A stretch of DNA of 64,000 nt. Source: Chloroflexota bacterium (GTDB lineage: Bacteria > Chloroflexota > Dehalococcoidia > GIF9 > JBFMDU01). The first letter of the stretch is position 1; each line of letters opens with the position of its first letter. Positions 26,138 to 34,510 of the stretch are shown here, piece by piece. The stretch covers positions 300,211 through 364,210 of the forward strand of contig JBFMDU010000020.1 in assembly GCA_040753815.1 (NCBI GenBank). Direction: 5' to 3'. The notes below the pieces were generated by a model. The model was not told where the DNA came from. It searched no databases and was given only the letters and a program-made list of their open reading frames with translations. The position numbers were made by a program, and so were the translations under genes.

Positions 26138-27715
26138 CTAAATCACCTTGTCGAACTCGATACCCAAGTCTTTCATAATAACATTGGCCGGGGCACGAGC
26201 GCCAGCGTTGATGCCAGTGCCGGGATGAGTACTTGGGCCGCAGAGATAGAGCCGCTCGACCGGCATCTTATAGCCGCTCCAGCCGGGAAGCGGCCGGTTC
26301 GACATGTACTGGGTCAGGTAACCACCAATGTGGCTGGGATCGCCCTCAATCCAGGCGGGGTTCCACCGGGCATAATCAAGCGGAGTGAGCATGGTCTCAC
26401 CGAGAATATTTGACTCATCCATGTTGGTTACGTGTTTCTGAATAGTGGCGAGAATACCGTCCCGGACCTGTTTCTTAATGTTATCCCAGTGGGTGGGGCC
26501 TTCCTTCAGATAGAAGGGTTCCTGATGCATTACCCACAGGGTATGCTTGCCTGCCGGGGCGCGGGTGGGGTCGAAGAGTGTTGTGCAGAGAATGCCCGGT
26601 GAATCCATTTTAGGAATACCGCGATACATTTTGATCAGGCCGTCGAGATATTCTTCGTAGTTTGTCGTAGGAAACGGCTGTACCTGAAACCCACGGTCAA
26701 CATCACCGTCAGCTTTGTACTTTGGGGCCTGGTTGACGGCGAGATGCCAGGTAAGATACTGAGTTCGTTGGGCGCGAAGTCTCTGCACCTGAGGGATGAA
26801 GTTGGGCGGCAGTTGAGCGCCCTCAACCATCTTCGGGAATATCTGTTTGATATTCAGACCGAGAACTACAGCCTTCTTAGCTTTCACCTGTTCGCCGCTC
26901 TCCAGTACAACACCCTCGGTTTTACCGTCTTTTATCATGACCTTTTGAACCGTGGCATTTGTCCTGACGGTGCCACCAAACCCCTGAATAGCTTTACCGA
27001 GACATTCAGTGAAGCGGCCAGCACCTCCCTCAATCGGTTTAGCGCCATACATAGTAGCGAACGGGGCCATGAACATAATGCCCTCAGCAGTACCGCTCTC
27101 GTAAGGGCTGATGCGCGCCTGGGCGGCCCAACGGGTCATGGCAATCTTCATTTCATCGCTGGTAAACCACTCGTTGCACAGGTCCACTGCGTTCAAAAGC
27201 GTTGTCCGCATCAAGTCCAGCCCTTTGACCGAGCCGGTAAGCATTGTCAGAAAATTGCCGAATGGAGGAGGCGGCATATTGGAGCCGCGCAGTACCGGTT
27301 TGAAGAGAGGAGTGGCCCACTCTACGAAACGCTTGAAGGCGTCGGCATCTTTCTGGTTGATTTTGGCGATTGAGGCACAGGTCTTGTCCAGGTCGTGGTA
27401 GATAATAATGGAGCGGTCATCGGGGAAAAGAATAACCTCCTGCACTTCAGGCGGGGGGAGAAACTTAAGCCCGTAGTTTTTAACCAGGCCGAGTTCGTCG
27501 TTCTGGATAATCGGGTTCAGGTCAATCCACATCGCCACCGTGGCTCCAAGATCATGCTTGAATCCAGGGAGGGTAGCTTCATGGGTGACGACACCGCCGC
27601 CAATGAAATCGCGCGCCTCGAGGACACAGGTCTTGAGCCCTGCTTTGGCCAGATAGGCGGCTACGATGAGGCCATTGTTGCCGGCGCCAACTACTACTAC
27701 GTCATACTCGGCCAT
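26138..27715 (-). CDS. NAD(P)/FAD-dependent oxidoreductase, phytoene-desaturase (CrtI)-like, paralog 1
   Basis: 525 aa. N-terminus YDVVVVGAGNNGLIVAAYLAKAGLKTCVLEARDFIGG. About 70% identical by eye to 28052-29629. Confidence 0.8.
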   Translation of the reverse strand: MAEYDVVVVGAGNNGLIVAAYLAKAGLKTCVLEARDFIGGGVVTHEATLPGFKHDLGATVAMWIDLNPIIQNDELGLVKNYGLKFLPPPEVQEVILFPDDRSIIIYHDLDKTCASIAKINQKDADAFKRFVEWATPLFKPVLRGSNMPPPPFGNFLTMLTGSVKGLDLMRTTLLNAVDLCNEWFTSDEMKIAMTRWAAQARISPYESGTAEGIMFMAPFATMYGAKPIEGGAGRFTECLGKAIQGFGGTVRTNATVQKVMIKDGKTEGVVLESGEQVKAKKAVVLGLNIKQIFPKMVEGAQLPPNFIPQVQRLRAQRTQYLTWHLAVNQAPKYKADGDVDRGFQVQPFPTTNYEEYLDGLIKMYRGIPKMDSPGILCTTLFDPTRAPAGKHTLWVMHQEPFYLKEGPTHWDNIKKQVRDGILATIQKHVTNMDESNILGETMLTPLDYARWNPAWIEGDPSHIGGYLTQYMSNRPLPGWSGYKMPVERLYLCGPSTHPGTGINAGARAPANVIMKDLGIEFDKVI

Positions 27716-27744
27716 GACTTACTCCTTGTTTCTTGTTTTGACGA

Positions 27745-28008
27745 CTAGATTCCTAGACCTTCACCTGGTGTCGACGGCTTACTGGCTTTTTGGCGGTTTT
27801 TCCAGGCCTTGAAAATAAAAGCGGGGAGGTAAGAGAGGACCTGCCATTTGAATATCATCCCGACCATGCCCCAGGCCTCAGCCGGTTTCAGGTAAACGTC
27901 GGCCGGCATGGTCTCCATCAGATTGGTCTGCATGACGAGGTCTTCCTTACGACGCTCGATACCGTAGACTTCCACCATGGTAGTGCCATATTTATCGAAG
28001 AGTTTCAT
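27745..28008 (-). CDS. Small predicted membrane protein (87 aa) between the two CrtI-like genes
   Basis: Strong GGGGGAGG ribosome-binding site 8 nt upstream. One hydrophobic helix (AWGMVGMIFKWQVLSYLPAFIF). Confidence 0.45.
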   Translation of the reverse strand: MKLFDKYGTTMVEVYGIERRKEDLVMQTNLMETMPADVYLKPAEAWGMVGMIFKWQVLSYLPAFIFKAWKNRQKASKPSTPGEGLGI

Positions 28009-28051
28009 CTTGATCCCCCCTCCCCCTTACTTTTCAAAGAGGGATAGTCGT

Positions 28052-29629
28052 TTATATCACCTTATCAAATGCGATACCAAGGTCCTTCAGAATGATGTTG
28101 GCCGGGGCGCGAGCGCCGGCATTAAGTCCGGTTCCAGGGTGTGTTGACGGCCCGCACATGTAGAGCCGTTCGATGGGCATTTTGTAACCGCCCCAGCCGG
28201 GCATGGGCCGGTTGGACATATACTGGTGCAGGTAGCCGCCGATGTGGGACGGGTCGCCCTCGATCCAGGCGGGATTCCAGCGGGCGAAGTCAAGCGGCGT
28301 GTATGTCTTCTGGGCGATGATATTCTCCGCTCCCATGTTGGTGGTCCGTTCGCGGACGGTCTTAATTATACCCTCGGTAACCTGGTCTTTGATTTCATCC
28401 CAGCGCTGGGGGCCGCCTTTCAGGTAGAAAGGCTCCTGGTTGTTGACCCAGAGGGTATGCTTACCGGCAGGAGCGCGGGTGGGGTCAAACAGGGTAGAGC
28501 ATAATATGCCGGGCGAGCCAGTACGCGGATTACCGCGGTGCATACTGGTCAGGCCGTCAAGGTAGTCCTCATAGTTGGTTGTGGAAGCAATGTGCACTTG
28601 ATAGCCGCGGTTGACATCGCCGCCCACCTTATAGACCGGGGCCTGGTTCAAAGCCATGTGTATAGTGTAGTACTGAACACGCTGTGGTTTAAGGCGCTGG
28701 ACCCATTGAACGAAGCCGGCAGGCAACTGAGCGCCCGGGACCATGTTAGGGAAGAGCGTCTTAACGTTGATGCCGGCGATGACGCATTTTTTAGCATTAA
28801 TCTTTTCACCATTATCAAGGACAACGCCCCTGGCCTGGTTATTCTCGACAATAATCTGTTTGACCGGCGCATTGGTACGGATATTACCACCGAAGGCTTT
28901 AATGGCGTCAGCTAGGGCTTCGGTGAACTTACCGGCACCACCTTCAACAGGTTTCATACCATACTTCATGGTGAAAGGCACCATAAAGAGTACGGTACCG
29001 GCGGTGCCGCTCTCATACGGGCTAATCCGGGTGGTGGCGGACCAGCGGGTTAGTGCAATCTTGACATAATCGTTGGTGAACCATTCGGATACAAAGTCGA
29101 CACCGTTCATCAGGGTGGTGCGCATGAGTTCCAGACCGGTGGCACTGCCGCTCATCATGGTAAGGTAGTTGCCGAAAGGCGGCGGCGGCATATTGGAGCC
29201 GCGCAGGACAGGCTCCAGCAGGGGCGCAGCCATATTATACAGACGGCGGAAGGCATCGGCGTCCTTTGGTGAAATCTTTTCAATCGAAGCGCAGGTCTTA
29301 TCGATATCACGGTAGAAAATGATGGCTTTATCGTCAGGGTATATCTGGGCTTCCTGAATGTCCGGCGGCGGCAGGAACTTGATACCGGAGCGTTTGACCA
29401 TACCGAGCTCATCGTTTCGGATGATAGGGTTCATATCGAGCCAGCCGGCGGCAGTAGCACCAACATCGTGTTTGAAACCGGGTGCAGTTACCTCCTGGGT
29501 GACGACGCCACCGCCGAGGAAGTCCCGTGCTTCAAGGACGCAGATGTTCAGGCCGGCCTTCGCCAGGTAAGCGGCCACCATAAGGCCGTTATTGCCGGCA
29601 CCAATCATAACAACATCGTAATCAGCCAT
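28052..29629 (-). CDS. NAD(P)/FAD-dependent oxidoreductase, CrtI-like, paralog 2
   Basis: 525 aa. YDVVMIGAGNNGLMVAAYLAKAGLNICVLEARDFLGG. A tandem duplicate of paralog 1. Confidence 0.8.
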   Translation of the reverse strand: MADYDVVMIGAGNNGLMVAAYLAKAGLNICVLEARDFLGGGVVTQEVTAPGFKHDVGATAAGWLDMNPIIRNDELGMVKRSGIKFLPPPDIQEAQIYPDDKAIIFYRDIDKTCASIEKISPKDADAFRRLYNMAAPLLEPVLRGSNMPPPPFGNYLTMMSGSATGLELMRTTLMNGVDFVSEWFTNDYVKIALTRWSATTRISPYESGTAGTVLFMVPFTMKYGMKPVEGGAGKFTEALADAIKAFGGNIRTNAPVKQIIVENNQARGVVLDNGEKINAKKCVIAGINVKTLFPNMVPGAQLPAGFVQWVQRLKPQRVQYYTIHMALNQAPVYKVGGDVNRGYQVHIASTTNYEDYLDGLTSMHRGNPRTGSPGILCSTLFDPTRAPAGKHTLWVNNQEPFYLKGGPQRWDEIKDQVTEGIIKTVRERTTNMGAENIIAQKTYTPLDFARWNPAWIEGDPSHIGGYLHQYMSNRPMPGWGGYKMPIERLYMCGPSTHPGTGLNAGARAPANIILKDLGIAFDKVI

Positions 29630-29706
29630 GTATGAGACTCGCTCCGTTCTAGCTTGGTAAAGCAGTTAGACCGCTCGCACCAGGGTATTTAGCGTGAGCA
29701 AATCGA

Positions 29707-29721
29707 ATTCGATAATCGAAT
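29707..29721. promoter_or_regulatory. Operator copy 3 of 3 (ATTCGATAATCGAAT, perfect)
   Basis: Located in the 415-bp divergent region between CrtI-like paralog 2 (minus strand) and the TAXI-TRAP genes (plus strand). Confidence 0.45.
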
Positions 29722-29782
29722 GTGATATTAACACCAGCGAAGCGGGTTGTCAAGCGGTATACCAACTCAGGTCAGGGGGTAT

Positions 29783-29811
29783 TGACGATTTACTTGTCAT
29801 TATGTACTATG
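29783..29811 (+). promoter_or_regulatory. Candidate sigma70-like promoter (TTGACG, 17-nt spacer, TACTAT) for the TAXI-TRAP operon
   Basis: Motif spacing was read directly from the sequence. It would produce a 5' leader of about 230 nt. Confidence 0.3.
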
Positions 29812-30044
29812 TTTACATTCCTGACTTCACCAAGCGTTTGTTTTACAGAATTTATTTTGATGTTGGGAGGATTGCGTCATTCTAAGACTTGCTCAATGAC
29901 AGGTGGTTGGTGGAAATGTAAAGGTCGATCTCCGACCACGAATGCGGTCTGACCCGAGGAGTTATATTACACTTAAACCTTAATCTCTAGCTACAATAGT
30001 GCCCCCAGTGTAACCCAGTGGAATAAATTCGAAAGGAGAGTATT

Positions 30045-31316
30045 ATGAAAGGTACTTTTAAGTTGGCGATTGCAGGAATCGCAGTCATGCTTGTGGCGGT
30101 AATAGTGCTGGCTGGCTGTCCAGCACCAGCACCAGCACCAACGCCTACTCCTAAGCCCACCCCTACAGCTACACCTACTCCTGCTCCTGCTCCTAAACCA
30201 TCTCCTACTCCCACGCCTACTCCTTTTACCTGGCCTAAAAATATCACGGTGATAGCTTCAACCTCCACCGCCCAGTGGATTGCCTTCACCGCCATCATGC
30301 AGAAGGAACTGGGTATTACCGTAAGCGTCGTACCTCAAGGCACCTCGTCACTTCGCTATCAGGCAGTTAAGGATGGCGAGGGTCTTATGACTGCCGCGGC
30401 GCCATCGGATTACTCTGGTTTCATCGAAGCCAGTACAACTCAGGCTACTAAAACCGGTGGCCCTTGGCAGGTCCGTATGATCTGGCCCTATAATGTCAGC
30501 AACTCCGCTTATATGGTCCGTAAAGATTCCGCCATCAAGACGATTGCCGACATCAAGCCAGGTGTAAAAATAGCTAATTTTGCCGGAAGTGGTGCTTTGC
30601 CTACCACGCAATTACCAGCGATATTAGCCTGGGCTAATGTCGATCCCAAAGATGCTGTATTCGTTAGTGCCTCCAACTACGCCGGCAGTCTTCAGTTAGT
30701 GAAGGATGGCAAGGCGGACATTGCCTTCGTTGTCGGTACCGCCTCGGCTACCGTCCTGCCATATGCCGATGACTGCACTGTCATACCAATCGACCCGGCC
30801 AAGGACCCCGAGGGCGCCAAGCGTTTCTTGAGTGTTTGGCCGGTAGCCGGCTTCATGCCCATCGTGGGTGACCAGCCAGCGGCCTGGAAGGGTATCCCGA
30901 GCACTGGCAGTCTGGGTGAAATCATCACCCGGGAGCAGACCGACACGGCGCTCGTGTATAACCTGGCTAAATGGCTCGATACCAACTACGACAAATATAA
31001 GGACACTTACGCTGACTGCAAGTACATGACGCTTGACAACATGGTGAAGGCGGCGGCGACCATGCCCGTTCCCGTCCACGATGGTGCTATCCAATACCTT
31101 AAAGAGAAGGGCAAGTGGACAGCGGCTAATGACGCCCGCCAGAAAGCTAACATTGACTTCCTCACCAAGTACGTAAATGGCTATCAGGATGCCATTAAGA
31201 AAGCTGAAGCCGCTGGCATCAAAGTTGACCCCGGTAACAAGGACTGGCTCGCCTTCTGGGCTAAGTATAAGACAGACAACAAACTTACTCCTGTTAAAGT
31301 CTTCACGGGGTTGTAA
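30045..31316 (+). CDS. TRAP transporter solute receptor, TAXI family, lipoprotein with a Pro/Thr/Ala-rich linker
   Basis: Lipobox LAGC. PAPAPAPTPTPKPTPTATPTPAPAPKPSPTPTPTP linker (DNA repeat at about 30115-30230). TAXI-type fold thereafter. Confidence 0.8.
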   Translation: MKGTFKLAIAGIAVMLVAVIVLAGCPAPAPAPTPTPKPTPTATPTPAPAPKPSPTPTPTPFTWPKNITVIASTSTAQWIAFTAIMQKELGITVSVVPQGTSSLRYQAVKDGEGLMTAAAPSDYSGFIEASTTQATKTGGPWQVRMIWPYNVSNSAYMVRKDSAIKTIADIKPGVKIANFAGSGALPTTQLPAILAWANVDPKDAVFVSASNYAGSLQLVKDGKADIAFVVGTASATVLPYADDCTVIPIDPAKDPEGAKRFLSVWPVAGFMPIVGDQPAAWKGIPSTGSLGEIITREQTDTALVYNLAKWLDTNYDKYKDTYADCKYMTLDNMVKAAATMPVPVHDGAIQYLKEKGKWTAANDARQKANIDFLTKYVNGYQDAIKKAEAAGIKVDPGNKDWLAFWAKYKTDNKLTPVKVFTGL

Positions 31317-31411
31317 TGTCTTAGCAGCCCTGTTTTAGCAAGCACATGGCGGTACGGGTAGTCAGCCGTACCGCCATGTGTGTAATGGTTCTGATTAGAG
31401 AGGTAGTTTTC

Positions 31412-33502
31412 ATGTCAGAACAGAAACCTCTGGATAATGCGGCGGGCACCGCTCCGCCTGTTGCGCGTAAAAAAGAAGGGGAGGGCGGTGGTCTTAGCCG
31501 TTTCAATTACCTGCCCCCCGTCTGGAAGGGTGTTTTCATATTCCTGACCATTACGGCTATCGGTCTTTTCATCATCTATAACTTCAATATCGCTTTCGGC
31601 CAGTGGGCGCTCGAGTCAATCGCATATTACTACCTCCTGTATGTGGTCTTCATGCTGCCTATCTTCATCGGCAACGCCGCGCGGAAGAAAGATAAGAAGC
31701 GGCTTCCCTGGTATGACATCATCCTGGGTCTGGTAGGCACCGGCATAGCCTTCTACTTTTTTTTTGAATTCGACGCAATTGGCCGAGGGGCCTGGCAGAC
31801 GCCGCCGGATGCAATGGTACTGGTACTCGGCGTAATCATGCTGGTCTTGTCCATCGAAGCAGGGCGGCGGGTGGGCGGTTGGGTATTTACCGCAATCTGT
31901 CTTGTTTTCGGTTCCTATCCGCTGGTGGCAAGCTTTATGCCCGGTCCGCTTTACGGAGTTGGTCTCACCTTTCCCAAGCTGATCGGGCAATTTGCCTACA
32001 GTACCAATGGCATCATCGGCTTGCCGGCGCAGGTCAACGGTGACCTTGTCATCGGCTATCTCTTTTTCTCCGGCATTATGGCGGCCAGCGGCACCGGCAA
32101 GTTCTTCCTCGACCTTGCCATGGCGCTTATGGGCAGGTTCCGCGGTGGCCCGGCTAAGGTAGCCGTCGTCGCCAGCGCCCTTTTCGGCAGTTTAAGCGGC
32201 AGCGGCGTGGCTAACATAGTATTCACCGGCAGCGTCACTATTCCTGCTATGAAAAAACTGGGCTATCCTCCTCACTACGCCGGAGCCATCGAGGCCTGCG
32301 CCTCCACCGGGTCAGCGGTCACACCGCCGGTCATGGGCACCATCGCTTTCGTCATGGCCATTCTGACCGGAGTTGACTACTCCATCATCGTCATCGCTGC
32401 CGCCATTCCCGCACTACTATATTATTTCGGCCTTCTCGTCCAGGTTGACGGCTACGCGGCCAGAGCCGGGCTCTCTGGTATGAAGAGAGAAGACCTGCCT
32501 GACATCAAAGGCACCCTTAACACGGGATGGATAATCATCGTAGCCCTTGGCTTTCTGGTATGGGCGCTGGTGGCCAAGCGGTGGACAGCTCAAGGACCAA
32601 TCTACACCGCCTTCATCTTGATAGCCTACTCCGCTATCGCCGGTCTGCTCTGGTGGATACGGGACAGAGGATGGATCGGCTCATTCTTCAAAGCCAGTAC
32701 GGGGCGTTTCTTGCTTATGGCTTTTGCAGCCGAACACCGCATGACCAGGAAAAGAGCAATGGCCATGATGGGCGAGTCAGGCGGACTGATGGCCTGGATG
32801 GTCGCTATTCTCCTGCCAGTCGGTCTCATCATTTTGGGGCTTAACACTACCGGTACTATAGGTTCGCTAATATCCCGCATCGTGTTGTTGGGGGAGGCAA
32901 ACTCGTTTCTCATTCTCATCGTAACATTTATAGCCTGTTATCTCATGGGGATGGTTGGGCTAGCCTTGATACCATATATTTTCCTGGGCGTAACTATGGC
33001 GCCAGCCGTTGTTAACAACGCCGGGCTTGACATCATTGCTGTCCACCTATTTCTGGTGTACTGCACCCTTATCTCGGCGATATCGCCGCCGGTGGCCATG
33101 ATGGCCTTTGTGGGAGCATCGCTCGCCGGGGCGCCGCCGATGAAGACGGCCTTCATGGCCATGCGGCTCGGCATAGTGCTCATCTTCGTGCCGTTCTTCT
33201 TTGTTTACAGCCCTGCCCTCCTTTTCAGGGGGACCGATGTGCTACAGTTAGTCTGGCTGTTGCCTCAGGTACTCATTGGGATATGGGCCTTAACATCAGG
33301 GCTTGAAGGCTACATGCTAAAGGTTGGCGAACTGCCGGTCTGGGCCCGGCCATTGCTCGTCGTTGGCGGCTTCCTCCTCGCTATGCCCTGGTGGGCATTT
33401 CTCTCCGCAACTATTGGCGGGAGTCTTATAGTGCTCACCGTGGCTCTAGTGCTCTTGCAGCGCAGGATAAGAAGGCCCGCGTCACCTCCAGCATTATCCT
33501 GA
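31412..33502 (+). CDS. TRAP transporter fused permease (TAXI-associated 4TM/12TM)
   Basis: About 700 aa of polytopic membrane protein. Start placed at MSEQKPLD after an AGAGAGG ribosome-binding site; the ORF track begins at 31346. Confidence 0.8.
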   Translation: MSEQKPLDNAAGTAPPVARKKEGEGGGLSRFNYLPPVWKGVFIFLTITAIGLFIIYNFNIAFGQWALESIAYYYLLYVVFMLPIFIGNAARKKDKKRLPWYDIILGLVGTGIAFYFFFEFDAIGRGAWQTPPDAMVLVLGVIMLVLSIEAGRRVGGWVFTAICLVFGSYPLVASFMPGPLYGVGLTFPKLIGQFAYSTNGIIGLPAQVNGDLVIGYLFFSGIMAASGTGKFFLDLAMALMGRFRGGPAKVAVVASALFGSLSGSGVANIVFTGSVTIPAMKKLGYPPHYAGAIEACASTGSAVTPPVMGTIAFVMAILTGVDYSIIVIAAAIPALLYYFGLLVQVDGYAARAGLSGMKREDLPDIKGTLNTGWIIIVALGFLVWALVAKRWTAQGPIYTAFILIAYSAIAGLLWWIRDRGWIGSFFKASTGRFLLMAFAAEHRMTRKRAMAMMGESGGLMAWMVAILLPVGLIILGLNTTGTIGSLISRIVLLGEANSFLILIVTFIACYLMGMVGLALIPYIFLGVTMAPAVVNNAGLDIIAVHLFLVYCTLISAISPPVAMMAFVGASLAGAPPMKTAFMAMRLGIVLIFVPFFFVYSPALLFRGTDVLQLVWLLPQVLIGIWALTSGLEGYMLKVGELPVWARPLLVVGGFLLAMPWWAFLSATIGGSLIVLTVALVLLQRRIRRPASPPALS

Positions 33503-33523
33503 ACTGTCAAGCATTGTATGGCT

Positions 33524-33556
33524 AAAGAAGGGGCACCGAGGCCCCTTCTTTTTTTC
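33524..33556 (+). terminator. Rho-independent terminator after the TRAP operon
   Basis: AAAGAAGGGGC-accgag-GCCCCTTCTTT hairpin followed by TTTTTT. Confidence 0.65.
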
Positions 33557-33601
33557 TAACCACTGATTGAACAAACTACAAATGGCTGGCGGTCAGGTCC
33601 T

Positions 33602-34462
33602 ATGAGGGCTATAATGCCAACTATGATGGGTAGTCTTCTTTTTGGATCGGGGGGTATTCCGAATAGTTCGCCGCAGAATACGACAACGTCCGGCGTAGCC
33701 CGTGTAGCGGAACTCGGACTCGGTTGTATGGAAGTGGAGTTCGTTCAGGGAGTCAGAATGGCTCCAGGTAATGCCAGGGAGGTGGGGATGATAGCGGCAG
33801 GTCATAGGGTTGCGCTTAGCGCTCATGGCCCGTATTACATTAATCTGAATGCCAGAGAGCCGGAGAAGGTCGAGGCCAGCCGCCAGCGGATTCTGCAAAC
33901 GGCACGAGTGACGAAGCTGTTTGGCGGCCGCAGCGCCGTGTTCCATGCCGCTTTCATGTTAAACGACGTGCCGGATAAGGTCTTCAAAACGGTCAGGCGT
34001 GAGCTTTCAGACTTGGCCGCAACTCTCAAAGCTGAAGGGAATGATGTTGTCCTGAGGCCTGAGGTGACCGGCAAGCCGTCGCAGTTCGGTACGGTAGAAG
34101 AACTGATTGAACTTAGCGCTGAAATTGATGGTGTTTTGCCATGCATCGACTTTGCTCACTTGCACGCCCGTACGGGAAGGTTCAATACTTACGAAGAGTT
34201 CGTTGCGGTCTTGAAACAGGTCGAGCGCGGACTTGGAAGGAAAACGCTGGACAACATGCATTTTCACATATCCGGTATTGAATACAGTAAGCGAGGTGAA
34301 ATCAGACATCTAAATCTCGATGACCCAAAGTCCGATTTAAACTACGTTGACCTCATGAGGGCCTTTAAGGAGCTCGGTGTTAAGGGCCTTGTAATTTGTG
34401 AGAGTCCGAGCCTTGAGGACGACGCGGCGCTGCTGCAAAAGACATACGGCTCATTGAAGTGA
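33602..34462 (+). CDS. Endonuclease IV (Nfo) family TIM-barrel protein
   Basis: HGPYYINLNA matches the Nfo block HDSYLINLGH; VLRPEVTGKPSQFG matches VIENTAGQGSNLG; and CIDFAHLHARTG matches CIDTCHAFAAGY. Confidence 0.7.
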   Translation: MRAIMPTMMGSLLFGSGGIPNSSPQNTTTSGVARVAELGLGCMEVEFVQGVRMAPGNAREVGMIAAGHRVALSAHGPYYINLNAREPEKVEASRQRILQTARVTKLFGGRSAVFHAAFMLNDVPDKVFKTVRRELSDLAATLKAEGNDVVLRPEVTGKPSQFGTVEELIELSAEIDGVLPCIDFAHLHARTGRFNTYEEFVAVLKQVERGLGRKTLDNMHFHISGIEYSKRGEIRHLNLDDPKSDLNYVDLMRAFKELGVKGLVICESPSLEDDAALLQKTYGSLK

Positions 34463-34510
34463 TGATGTCGTATAGAGTAACCGCATATCACTCATCTGTG
34501 GAGGAACGAA

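Noticed and set aside
29987-30298. Gly/Val/Ala-rich 103-aa minus-strand ORF and the simple repeat at about 30115-30230, considered as a possible CRISPR-like or tandem-repeat locus
   Set aside because: The repeat is the coding sequence of the PT/PA linker of the TAXI lipoprotein. The minus-strand ORF is its complement. There is no repeat-spacer periodicity.
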